A stretch of DNA of 64,000 nucleotides, taken from positions 1 through 64,000 of the forward strand of contig JAPSGB010000027.1 in the NCBI GenBank assembly GCA_035063585.1. The letters run 5' to 3'. The position numbers were made by a program, and so were the translations under genes. Shown here piece after piece: positions 18,672 through 27,817 of the stretch. Position 1 is the first letter of the stretch. Each line of letters opens with the position of its first letter. The notes beneath the pieces were generated by a model that did no database searches, was not told the origin of the DNA, and worked only from the letters and a program-made list of their open reading frames with translations. The stretch is from Polyangiaceae bacterium (GTDB taxonomy: Bacteria > Myxococcota_A > Polyangia > Polyangiales > Polyangiaceae).

Positions 18672-19292
18672 ATGCACCACGTCCCGCGCGACACCGGTTG
18701 GATCGAAGTCATCACCGGCTGCATGTTCAGCGGGAAGACGGAGGAGCTCATCCGGCGCCTCAACCGCGCGCGTTACGCCCGGCAGACGGTGCGGATCTTC
18801 AAGCCGCGCATCGACGATCGCTACGCGTCGGACAGCGTCGTCAGCCACTCGCAGCAGGAGCTCGACGCGGTCGCCGTCGACGACCCACGCGACGTCCTCG
18901 CCACCTCCTCGGACATCCAGGTGATCGGCATCGATGAGGCGCAATTTCTCGGCGCAGGCGTGGTGCCGGTCGCCGAGGAGCTGGCGGAGGCCGGCAAGCG
19001 GGTGGTCATCGCGGGGCTCGATCAGGACTTCCTCGGGCGCCCGTTCGAGCCGATGCCGCACCTGATGGCCATCGCCGAGTACGTCACCAAGAACCTCGCC
19101 ATCTGCATGCGCTGCGGCAACCCCGCGGATCGCTCGCAGCGACTGGTCCGCCGTGACGCGACGGTCGTGGTCGGTGGCACCGAGGCCTACGAGGCGCGCT
19201 GCCGGCGCTGCTTCGACCCGACGCTCGCGGACTCCGCCCAGCGGCACCTCTTCCCGGGCGAGAGCGAGCCGCCGCCCGCCGGCATGTCGTGA
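18672..19292 (+). CDS. tdk: thymidine kinase
   Basis: GCMFSGKT P-loop, IDEAQF, AGLDQDF, CxxC...YEARCRRC zinc lasso. Confidence 0.96.
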   Translation: MHHVPRDTGWIEVITGCMFSGKTEELIRRLNRARYARQTVRIFKPRIDDRYASDSVVSHSQQELDAVAVDDPRDVLATSSDIQVIGIDEAQFLGAGVVPVAEELAEAGKRVVIAGLDQDFLGRPFEPMPHLMAIAEYVTKNLAICMRCGNPADRSQRLVRRDATVVVGGTEAYEARCRRCFDPTLADSAQRHLFPGESEPPPAGMS

Positions 19293-19311
19293 AGCGCGCG
19301 ACCCCCGCCCG

Positions 19312-20142
19312 CTAGCTCACGCGGCGCCGCCGGGCGCGCTGGCACTTCGGGCAGAAAAAGAGGTTTCGCCCCTCCACGAGCTCGGTAGCGATCACGCTCC
19401 CGCACACGTAGCAGCGCTGTCCGTCGCGTCGATAGACGTACACCTCACCGCCGTGGCGATCGACGCGTGGCGGCCGCCCCATCGCCTCGGGCAGGTGCTC
19501 GGGGAGGACGGTGTCGATGCGGCGCGCCGCGAGCGCGCGGCGCATGAGCTCGCCGAGGTCGCTCCAGAGCGCGTCCCACTCCGGGCGCGCGAGCGCGCGC
19601 CCCTCGAGCATGGGATCGATACCGTGACGGAATAGCACCTCGGCGCGGAAGATGTTTCCGACTCCGGCCACGATGCGCTGGTCCATGAGCAGCGACGCGA
19701 CCGACTTCTTCGAGCGGTGAAGGCGCGCCCACCCCCGCTCCGGCTCGGCGTCCGCGCGGAGCGGGTCGGGGCCGAGCCGCTCGACGAGCGCCGCGACCTG
19801 CTCGGGCGTGAAGAGCTCGCACGCGGCCGGGCCGCGGAGATCCGCGTAGCTCTTCCGATCGGTCATTCGCCACCGGATGACGCCGCTCGGTTCCGGCGCT
19901 CGCCCGTCGCCAAAGGTGAAGCGCCCCGCGAGCCCCATGTGCACGTGCACGCGCTCGGGCAAGCCCACGAACCCGACGAGCAGGTGCTTACCGTGAGCCT
20001 CGACGCGCCCGACTTTCCGGCCGTCGAGGCGCGCGGCTTCCTCGCGAAATCGCCCCTGCGGGCTCGATGACGCGACCGCGTGTCCGCCGAAGCGCTCGCT
20101 GACGGTGTCAGCGAGTCGATGGATGATGTGCCCTTCCGGCAT
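19312..20142 (-). CDS. nei: Fpg/Nei family DNA glycosylase (endonuclease VIII-like)
   Basis: N-terminal MPEGH, GKHL, H2TH LMDQRIVAGVGNIFRAE, C-terminal CxxC..CxxC zinc finger. Confidence 0.92.
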   Translation of the reverse strand: MPEGHIIHRLADTVSERFGGHAVASSSPQGRFREEAARLDGRKVGRVEAHGKHLLVGFVGLPERVHVHMGLAGRFTFGDGRAPEPSGVIRWRMTDRKSYADLRGPAACELFTPEQVAALVERLGPDPLRADAEPERGWARLHRSKKSVASLLMDQRIVAGVGNIFRAEVLFRHGIDPMLEGRALARPEWDALWSDLGELMRRALAARRIDTVLPEHLPEAMGRPPRVDRHGGEVYVYRRDGQRCYVCGSVIATELVEGRNLFFCPKCQRARRRRVS

Positions 20143-20277
20143 GCGCGCGAGCTTGCCACGCTTTCCGGGCGCGGCGCGTCCAAAGCCACAGCGCGCCGCC
20201 GGCCGCGCCGTGACGGCCCCAAACCCGCTCGCCTTTCGCGCGCGATCGACTAGATCAGGAAGACGAGGAGACGCCAC

Positions 20278-20550
20278 ATGCGAGAGTCCATGACCGAAGA
20301 GCTCGGCCGCCTGTTGAGAGAGGCCTTCGCTCCCGAATCGCTCGCGGTCATCAACGACAGCGCGAAGCACCTCGGCCACGCCGGCGATGACGGCAGCGGC
20401 GAGTCGCACTTCACTGTCGAGGTCGTGAGCCAGGCCTTCGCCGGCGTGTCGCCGGTCGAGCGCCACCGCATGGTGTACCGCGCGCTCGGGGATATTCCGG
20501 GTCAGCGCGTCCACGCGCTCGTGATCCGCGCGCGCGCGCCGGGGGAGTGA
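20278..20550 (+). CDS. bolA: BolA family protein
   Basis: GAGGAG RBS; ESHF, F.G.S.VERHRMVY, HAL motifs. Confidence 0.93.
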   Translation: MRESMTEELGRLLREAFAPESLAVINDSAKHLGHAGDDGSGESHFTVEVVSQAFAGVSPVERHRMVYRALGDIPGQRVHALVIRARAPGE

Positions 20551-20704
20551 CGCCCGAGCCTCGCGCGAGCGAATCGCTCGGAGTCGAGGTTTCCCATGAA
20601 GCATGCCGGCTCGGCGCGGAATCACCCAGGGCGTGCTCGCGCCGGCACCCTGCGCGGCCGACGGACGGCTGCCTGCCGGTCACGGCCGCTGCGCGCCCCG
20701 AGCG

Positions 20705-23700
20705 TCAAGGAGCGCGGAGGCACCGCGACAGCTCGTCGAGCATGCGATCGGCGAGCGCGAGCCCGTGCTTGAAGGACTCGTCTTCGCGCGCGCGGCGCGT
20801 GAGCCGCCCGTCGGGAGTGAGCTTGTAGCCTGCGCTGCGCGCGGCTACGAGCGCGCCCACCTTCACCGGATCGAGCGGGGTGTCCTCGCGCAGGTTCAGA
20901 GTGACGCTCTTCTTGCTCGCGTCCATGCCGAGCACGCGAAGCCGGCGAAGCTCCGTCTTCAGCCGCATGAGCTCGATGAGGTGGCGCGCCTCGGTCGGCG
21001 GCGGCCCGAACCGATCTTCGAGCTCCGCGGCGACCTCGGCGACCTCGGCGTCGCCGTCCGCGCCGCTCAGGCGCTTGTAGAGGCTGAGCCGCACGCCGAC
21101 GTCCGCCACGTAGTCTTCGGGCAAGAGCGCGTCCACGTCGAGCGCGAGATCGGGATCGACCTCGTGAACCACCGGCTCGCCGCGGAGCTCATGGGTCGCT
21201 TCCTCGAGCATTCGGCAGAACAGATCGAAGCCGACGCTCGCCACGAACCCGCTCTGCTCGGCGCCGAGGAGGTCGCCGGCGCCGCGGATTTCCATGTCGA
21301 GGGTGGCGACCTGAAACCCGGAGCCGAGCTCGGTGTGTCGCTCGAGCGCCTCGATCCGCATGCGTGCTTCGTCGCTCAGCTTGCTCGGCGGCGGCACCAA
21401 GAGGTAGCAGTACGCTCGCTCGCTCGAACGCCCGACCCGCCCGCGGAGCTGATAGAGCTGCGCCAAGCCGAAGAGGTCTGCCCGATCGATGATGATGGTG
21501 TTCGCGCGGGGGATGTCGAGACCGCTCTCGATGATCGCGGTCGCTACCAGGATGTCGTACTGACCGGCGACGAAATCGAGCATGGTGCGCTCGAGCACCG
21601 CCTCCGAGAGCTGGCCGTGCCCGACCGCGATGCGCGCGTTCGGCAAGAGCGCCTGGAGCCGCGCGGCGCGCTCGTAGATCCCCTCCACGCGGTTATAGAC
21701 GTAAAATACCTGCCCGCCGCGCCCGAGCTCGCGCTCCACCGCCTCGCGGACGAGCGCTTCATCGAAGCGAGAGGTGATGGTGCGGATCGCGCGCCGATCC
21801 ACCGGCGCGGTCGTGATGAGCGACATGTCGCGGAGGCCGCCCACCGCGAGCTGGAGCGTGCGCGGGATGGGCGTGGCGCTCAGGGTGAGCGCGTCCACGC
21901 TCGCGCGAATCTGCTTGATGCGCTCCTTGTGCGACACGCCGAAGCGCTGCTCCTCGTCGACGATGAGGAGCCCGAGCCGCTTGAACTGCACGTCCTTCGA
22001 GAGCAGGCGGTGGGTGCCCACCACCACGTCCACCGCGCCACCCTTCAACCCCTTCAACGTCTCGAGCTGCTCGGCCTTGGACTGAAAGCGGCTGAGCGCA
22101 CGCACGGTGAGCGGGTAGTCCGCGAGCCGCGCGGTGAAGTTGTTGTAGTGCTGTTGGGCGAGCACCGTGGTGGGGCAGAGGAGCGCCACCTGCCGGCCGT
22201 GCATCGCGGCGAGGAATGCCGCGCGGAGCGCGACCTCGGTCTTGCCGAAGCCCACGTCGCCGCACACCAGCCGGTCCATTACCCGCGGCGACTCCATGTC
22301 GGCGCGGACGTCGTTGATGGCGTCGAGCTGATCGCGCGTCTCCTCGAACGGAAACGTCGCCTCGAAGGTGGCGTAGTCGTCATCCGGCGGCGGGAGCGGC
22401 TCCTTCGCGAGCGCGTTGCGCTCGGCGTAGAGACGGAGCAGCTCGTCGGCCATCTGCCGGACTCGCTTCTGGACCTTCGCTTTGGTCTTCGCGAAGGACT
22501 GCCCGCCCAGTCGGTCGAGCTTCGGCGCGCCGTCCGCCCCCGAGTACTTCTGGATCTGGTTCAGGCGATGGACGGGCAAATAGAGCTTGTCGCCCCCCGT
22601 GTACTCGACCGCGAGCAGCTCGACGCCGACGCCCCCGACCATGCGCCGCTCGAGCCCGAGGTAGCGCCCGACCCCGTGATCGACATGCACCACGAAGTCC
22701 CCGGGCGCGAGCGCTCGGAGGTCCTCGAGGACCGCGCGGGCGCTCCGCTTCTTTCCGGTCGCGCGGTGCGTGCGCTGGCCGAAGATCTCCTCCTCCGTGA
22801 CCAGCGCGAAGCCCTCGGCAGGCGCGACCACGCCGCGCGCGAGCGGGCCGACCACCACGTGGACGGTGCCGGCGATCGGACTCGGCGTCCTCTCTCCGGA
22901 CAAGTGGGTGACCACTGATACGCCGCGATGACCGAGCAGCGACGCCAGACGCTCCGCCTGGGTGCCCACCCGCGCGACGAGCACGATGTGCAGCCCCGCC
23001 TCGCGCCACGCCTCCACGCGCCTCACCAGCGGAGCGAGTGCGCCTTGCTTGCCGTGCGCGACGCGCGCGGCCTTGATCGCACGGCCGAGATCTCCCTGAT
23101 CGCGCGCGGCGAGGGTGGGCGCGTCGAGCGGCGCCATCTCGAGCGCGCTGAGCGCGCGCGGTTCGTCCGGCTCTCCCGCGACCCCCGCGCGATGCGCCGC
23201 GAACACCCGGACGTGACCGAGGGCCTCCGCGAGCTCGTCTCGGTCGAGGTAGAGCGCGGACACGGGAAAATGCGGCTTTCCGGCCCGCGCGGCCGCGTCG
23301 GCGCGCCCGTGCTCGAGCTCCGCGTCGAGCGCGCGGAGCACCGCCACCGGATCCTCCACGACCACCGCGAGGTCGCCGGGCAGGTAGCTAGAGACGGGGA
23401 CGAGCTCGTAGAACGCCGGCAAGAAGCCGTCGGCGCCGAAGAACGCGCGCCCGCCGACCACGTCCTCGACCAGCGCGCGCGCTTGCGAGCTCGGAAGATC
23501 CACCGCGTCGCAGAGAGCGCGCATCGTCTTCTCGGCGCGCTCGCGCGCCGGCGCGCCGCCGACCGCGTCGCGCGCCGGATAGAGCCACACCTCGCGCGCG
23601 TCGTCACGGGTGCGTTGGTCCTCGGGGTCGAACGAGCGAATCGACGCTACCAGGTCGCCGTAGAGCTCGATGCGCGACGGGAGCGGCGCCTCCGGCGGCC

Positions 23701-24325
23701 AGACGTCGATGAGCCCGCCTCGCACTGCGAAGCTCCCCGGATCTTCCACCACCGGCACCCGCAGGTAGCCCGCGCTCGCGAGCGCCTCGGCGGTCCGCTC
23801 GACGTCGAGCTCCTCCTCGACGCGGACGTGCACGGTCGCCGCGCGCATCGCCTCCATGGGCGCGACGCGCCGTGCGAGCCCCGCGATGGTGGTCACCACG
23901 AAGCGCCACGGCGCGCCGCTCGCGAGCCGCGCGAGGGTCGCCGTCCGCGTCATGGCGAGCCGCCGGTCGGGATGCACCTCTGCGTACGGGCTCGTCTCGG
24001 GCGAGGCGAGCAGCAGCGGCTCGCCGTCCGCGAGCGGCTCGCCGTTCGGTGATGGGAGCGGCAAGGCGCGCGAGAGGCTCGCGAGATCGGCCGCCGCGCG
24101 CCGCGCGCCGTCGGCGTCCGCGGTCAGGTAGAGCACTCGGCGCCCTGCGCGCGCGATGGCGCGCGCGAGCAGCGCCGGCGCCGCGCCCTCCGCGCCGACC
24201 ACGTGGACCACCTCGCCCGGCTCGCGCGCGAGCGCCGCGGCCTCCGCCGCGGTCACGATGCGCCGATCGGTCGGCAGCGTCAGCGCCGACGAGACGTCGT
24301 CGACCACGTCCTCGCGCTCATCCAT
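20705..24325 (-). CDS. mfd: transcription-repair coupling factor
   Basis: UvrB-like N-terminus, RID VVHVDHGVGRY, GDVGFGKT, DEEQRFG, SATPIPRT, QLRGRVGRS, TRCF C-terminus. Confidence 0.97.
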   Translation of the reverse strand: MDEREDVVDDVSSALTLPTDRRIVTAAEAAALAREPGEVVHVVGAEGAAPALLARAIARAGRRVLYLTADADGARRAAADLASLSRALPLPSPNGEPLADGEPLLLASPETSPYAEVHPDRRLAMTRTATLARLASGAPWRFVVTTIAGLARRVAPMEAMRAATVHVRVEEELDVERTAEALASAGYLRVPVVEDPGSFAVRGGLIDVWPPEAPLPSRIELYGDLVASIRSFDPEDQRTRDDAREVWLYPARDAVGGAPARERAEKTMRALCDAVDLPSSQARALVEDVVGGRAFFGADGFLPAFYELVPVSSYLPGDLAVVVEDPVAVLRALDAELEHGRADAAARAGKPHFPVSALYLDRDELAEALGHVRVFAAHRAGVAGEPDEPRALSALEMAPLDAPTLAARDQGDLGRAIKAARVAHGKQGALAPLVRRVEAWREAGLHIVLVARVGTQAERLASLLGHRGVSVVTHLSGERTPSPIAGTVHVVVGPLARGVVAPAEGFALVTEEEIFGQRTHRATGKKRSARAVLEDLRALAPGDFVVHVDHGVGRYLGLERRMVGGVGVELLAVEYTGGDKLYLPVHRLNQIQKYSGADGAPKLDRLGGQSFAKTKAKVQKRVRQMADELLRLYAERNALAKEPLPPPDDDYATFEATFPFEETRDQLDAINDVRADMESPRVMDRLVCGDVGFGKTEVALRAAFLAAMHGRQVALLCPTTVLAQQHYNNFTARLADYPLTVRALSRFQSKAEQLETLKGLKGGAVDVVVGTHRLLSKDVQFKRLGLLIVDEEQRFGVSHKERIKQIRASVDALTLSATPIPRTLQLAVGGLRDMSLITTAPVDRRAIRTITSRFDEALVREAVERELGRGGQVFYVYNRVEGIYERAARLQALLPNARIAVGHGQLSEAVLERTMLDFVAGQYDILVATAIIESGLDIPRANTIIIDRADLFGLAQLYQLRGRVGRSSERAYCYLLVPPPSKLSDEARMRIEALERHTELGSGFQVATLDMEIRGAGDLLGAEQSGFVASVGFDLFCRMLEEATHELRGEPVVHEVDPDLALDVDALLPEDYVADVGVRLSLYKRLSGADGDAEVAEVAAELEDRFGPPPTEARHLIELMRLKTELRRLRVLGMDASKKSVTLNLREDTPLDPVKVGALVAARSAGYKLTPDGRLTRRAREDESFKHGLALADRMLDELSRCLRAP

Positions 24326-24422
24326 CGAAGGACGAGCGGCTTAGCACGATTCAAGTGCCGCTCGATGCCGGTCCGGCGCGGAATCGTCCCGCGGCGATTC
24401 CGCGCCGTGCCGACATCCCCGC

Positions 24423-25712
24423 TCAGCGGATCTCGGTGGCGCAGCCGAGCACGAGATCGACGCGCGCGTCGGCGGCGCCCTTGACGGTATCGCAGGTGGC
24501 GGGGCAGAGTTCGACGTTCTCTCCGTCGTAGTACCAGCCGTCGAGCGTGCCGCAGCCGCTCGGCGCCTGCTTGATGCCGAGCGTCTGCCCGCCGACGGTG
24601 AGCTCGAGGTTCACCTTGGTCTTGTCCGCCTTGGTGCCGGCGACGTCGGGTAGCGCGAAGGTGCAGCCGAGCGCGGTGCCGCGGATTTGGGCGATGATGG
24701 CGGCCAGCGCGGCCGCGTCGAAGGTGCCCTGGGTCATGTCGAAATGGCAGGCGATGCTCGGATCCGCGCCGGTCTTGTCGAAGGTGCCGTCGCAGGCGGT
24801 CGGCACCGTGGTGGGCGAGCCGGCGAGCGCGTACGCGCTGAGCGCGCGCAGCATCGAGTACGGCGCGGTCGCGTAGGGTCCCTGCTTCTGGCCGTGACTG
24901 TTCGAGCCGGGCACGCCGACGATGAACGTGCTCACCGGTCGCGCCGGATCCACCGCCGCCTTGGTGATGAGCTTGACGACGTTCTCGGGGTACTCCCAGT
25001 CGGGGCAGAGTCCGTCCGAGTAACCGGCGCGCGCGCCGTTCGTGACCGACGCGCAGCTGAACCCGCCGTCGGAGATGAACAGCATCAGACGCTTGCCGTC
25101 CAGCGGATAGAGCTGGAGCGCTTGGAAGGCCGCGTTCATCGCCTCGTAGCCGGGGCTCGCGTCGGTCGCCGTGCTGTCGGGCGAGTGGCTGGTGAGCCAC
25201 GAGTAGATGTCCTTCCGCACGCCGCTCGCGGCGTTCGACTTGTCGGTGCCCGTGTTGGCGAGCGGGACGTCGGGTAGCGCGGAGACACCGCACGACACCT
25301 GCTGCACCATACCGAACAAGCACGCCGGCGCGCCGACCGCGAACGCCGGGTACGCGATGAGGCCGAGGTTCACCCCGTCGAAGGCGTCCTGGTCGATGGC
25401 CTGCACGATGGCGAGCTGCGAGGCGGCCCACTTGCCGTTGGTGGTCATGCTCGAGCTGCGATCGAGCACGATCATCAGCGCGACCGGGCTCTGCTTGGCT
25501 TCGTAGGTGCCGATGGCGCAGGTGCCCGTGTCGACGGGGGCGTCCGAGCCGGCCTCGAACACGCCGCCATCGGCACCGCCGGCGCTCGCGCCTCCGGTTC
25601 CCGGTTGTCCTCCAGTTGCGGGTTGGCTGCCCGGCGACCCTCCTGATGCGCTGCACGCCGCAGCCGCCGTGAGGATCGAGAGGCCAAGGACGATCGAAGC
25701 TTTCCCCATCAC
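24423..25712 (-). CDS. vWA-domain lipoprotein (paralog of 7509-8693)
   Basis: Lipobox AAAC, MIDAS DRSSSM, FISDG, C-terminal GW.Y..VELCPATC..V.GCATEIR; GTG/ATG start 8 nt after TATGCT. Confidence 0.8.
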   Translation of the reverse strand: MMGKASIVLGLSILTAAAACSASGGSPGSQPATGGQPGTGGASAGGADGGVFEAGSDAPVDTGTCAIGTYEAKQSPVALMIVLDRSSSMTTNGKWAASQLAIVQAIDQDAFDGVNLGLIAYPAFAVGAPACLFGMVQQVSCGVSALPDVPLANTGTDKSNAASGVRKDIYSWLTSHSPDSTATDASPGYEAMNAAFQALQLYPLDGKRLMLFISDGGFSCASVTNGARAGYSDGLCPDWEYPENVVKLITKAAVDPARPVSTFIVGVPGSNSHGQKQGPYATAPYSMLRALSAYALAGSPTTVPTACDGTFDKTGADPSIACHFDMTQGTFDAAALAAIIAQIRGTALGCTFALPDVAGTKADKTKVNLELTVGGQTLGIKQAPSGCGTLDGWYYDGENVELCPATCDTVKGAADARVDLVLGCATEIR

Positions 25713-25788
25713 GCGGGCCGAGCATACCACGGCGGCGCGCGGTAGACCTCCGCCACCATGAGCGGCGCGCGCCGCCTCGACCGGCGGG

Positions 25789-26091
25789 TCAGCGCCTCAT
25801 CATGTTGGTGAGCGCGTGCGTCTCTCGGGCGCCGAGGAGGCCGAACTGGACCCCGAACCCTCCCGGCTTCGTCCACCGCACGACCGCAGGCAGCCGGACC
25901 GGCCCCTCGGCGCTCGAGAAGGTAACGACCACGGTGAGCTCGTCACCGAAGCTCATGGTGGCTCCCGATTCTACGAACATGCCGCCGACGCTGAGATCGG
26001 TCACGACGCCCTTCACCGACGGGCCGGCCGCTCGCTCGCAGATCACCTCGATGCTCACCGAAACGCGGGGATGGACTCGCTTCTCTTCCAC
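25789..26091 (-). CDS. stand-alone PilZ domain protein
   Basis: RVHPR (RxxxR) and DLSVGG (DxSxxG) c-di-GMP motifs; VVRW..GFGVQF. Confidence 0.9.
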   Translation of the reverse strand: MEEKRVHPRVSVSIEVICERAAGPSVKGVVTDLSVGGMFVESGATMSFGDELTVVVTFSSAEGPVRLPAVVRWTKPGGFGVQFGLLGARETHALTNMMRR

Positions 26092-26189
26092 GGCTACCTC
26101 GAGACTCGTGCGGATGGGCTAGACTCGCCGCGCGGAACTGCTTCGCGGCATGGGATCGTGGGTTCTCCGCGCGGCAGGTGTCAAGGAGC

Positions 26190-27122
26190 GTGCTCGAGTT
26201 GGGTGCCGATTCTCGCAACCGCAGAGGCTGGAAGCGCCACCTCGAGGGCTGGGAGCTCGGCGCGGCCACGCTCGCGATGGCGCTCCTCGCGGCGCTCCTC
26301 TTCGTTCCGCGCGCGGTCGCGCCGGACGCCTTCCCGCTGCCCGACCTCGATCGCCCGGCGCTCGCTCGTCAGCGCGCCGCCTACGAGGCGCGCGCCCGCG
26401 CGGCGCTCGCGGCGCCGCTGCCGTTCGATGTCCGGCGGGTCGGAGAGGCGTTTCGGCAGTACGGCGTCGCTACCATCGAACGCGACACGGTCCTCGTCGC
26501 GGGCCAGCGGCGCGAGCTCGAGCGCGCGGTGTCGCTCGCGCTCGAGCGGCTCGGGCCCGAGCCGCTCTTGTCGCTCCGAGCCGTGCAGACCTGGTATTTT
26601 CAGCGCGCGCTCTCGCGCTGGGAGGCCACCGGCGAGCAGGACGCGGACCTGCGCGAGCTCGGTGGGGACTTCCTCTCCCACGCCGAGCTCAGTGGCTGGG
26701 TGACGGCGCCGCACACGCTCGAGCTGTCTTCGGCCGAGCGCGCCGCGCTCTTCCGAATGCGCTGGACCGAGCTCACCGGTCTCCGCGACACGCTCCCGTT
26801 CGCGCCCACGCTCGACGACTATCGCGAGTACTATCGCCTGCTCCTCGAGCATCCCGAGGGCCCCTTCGGGCAAGGCGGGGACGAACGTCGCGATCGAGTG
26901 AGGCGGCGGCTCGGCTACGTCGATGCGCTGGCGAAACGTGATCCGTCGTATCCGGCCGAGCTGGCCCGGGGTGTCCTCTTGTTCGACCTCGGCACCTATC
27001 CCGAGTCCGCCGAGGCGCTGCGCGCGCACCTTCTCCGACATCCGAGCGGTCCTTGGACGCTCCGGGCGCAGAATTATCTGCGCGCGGCGCTTCGAGAGAT
27101 CGGGACCGCCGCCGCGCTCTGA
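26190..27122 (+). CDS. membrane-anchored hypothetical protein with C-terminal TPR-like helices
   Basis: AGGAG then GTG start; N-terminal TM helix; LARGVLLF..G.Y..SA.AL..HL..HP.GPW. Confidence 0.65.
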   Translation: MLELGADSRNRRGWKRHLEGWELGAATLAMALLAALLFVPRAVAPDAFPLPDLDRPALARQRAAYEARARAALAAPLPFDVRRVGEAFRQYGVATIERDTVLVAGQRRELERAVSLALERLGPEPLLSLRAVQTWYFQRALSRWEATGEQDADLRELGGDFLSHAELSGWVTAPHTLELSSAERAALFRMRWTELTGLRDTLPFAPTLDDYREYYRLLLEHPEGPFGQGGDERRDRVRRRLGYVDALAKRDPSYPAELARGVLLFDLGTYPESAEALRAHLLRHPSGPWTLRAQNYLRAALREIGTAAAL

Positions 27123-27186
27123 CCGAGATCACCCGGCCGGTCATTCGGCCCTTGACCGCTCGCCCTATCCGGGTGATTCCGGCCGA

Positions 27187-27771
27187 ATGAGCGACGTACC
27201 CGATAGCCCCGAAGAATTTTTCACCAAGTTCATTCCCGCTCGGTTTGGCGCCGTGAAGGGTGCGCTCGCCGGCCGTTCGTCGGCGGGCAGCATGGTCTTC
27301 CGCGTCGCCGGGGGCGGCGAGTGGTCATTCAACCTGAAGGACGGCGAGCTGGAGGTCACCCCTGGCGTGACGGGCGACGTGATCCTCCAGGTCACGGTGC
27401 CTGAAGAGGACTTCAAGGCGATCTTCGTCCGTGGCGCGGAGGCCGCCGGTGACGACATCAAGCCGGAAGCGCAGGTGATGGCGTTCAAGGCGATCACCAT
27501 CGACGCCGCGAAGGCGAACATGGTGAAGGCGGTCGCAGGCACCGTCGCGTTCATGGTCAAGGACGGCGACGCGATCCGCAAGCTCGCGATCACCCCGGGC
27601 TCGGCCACGCCCAACCTCGACGCGCCCGACTGCAAGCTCGAGTGCCAAATGAGTGATTTCCTCGAGATGCAGGGCGGCAAGGCGCAGCCGGTCCAGCTGG
27701 CGATGAGCGGTAAGATCCGCATCGTCGGCAACGCGCAGATCCCGATGGCGCTCTCGGGCGTACTCGCCTGA
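27187..27771 (+). CDS. SCP2 sterol/lipid-binding domain protein (tandem SCP2-like)
   Basis: GGGEWSF.LKDG, DF.....G...PVQLAMSGKIRIVGN; TTGACC upstream. Confidence 0.8.
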   Translation: MSDVPDSPEEFFTKFIPARFGAVKGALAGRSSAGSMVFRVAGGGEWSFNLKDGELEVTPGVTGDVILQVTVPEEDFKAIFVRGAEAAGDDIKPEAQVMAFKAITIDAAKANMVKAVAGTVAFMVKDGDAIRKLAITPGSATPNLDAPDCKLECQMSDFLEMQGGKAQPVQLAMSGKIRIVGNAQIPMALSGVLA

Positions 27772-27786
27772 GCTGCGGCGCCGGTG

Positions 27787-27816
27787 GAGCGCCGCGCCGA
27801 AGTCGGCGCGGCGCTC
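27787..27816. terminator. bidirectional hairpin between convergent SCP2 gene and pyk
   Basis: Perfect 14-bp inverted repeat GAGCGCCGCGCCGA-AG-TCGGCGCGGCGCTC. Confidence 0.7.
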
Positions 27817-27817
27817 G

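Noticed and set aside
20603..22918. 771-aa plus-strand ORF and many similar long overlapping ORFs (e.g. 6717-8714, 50617-52155, 58868-60196)
   Set aside because: Stop-poor antisense or alternative frames typical of high-GC DNA, lying opposite well-recognised genes and lacking motifs.
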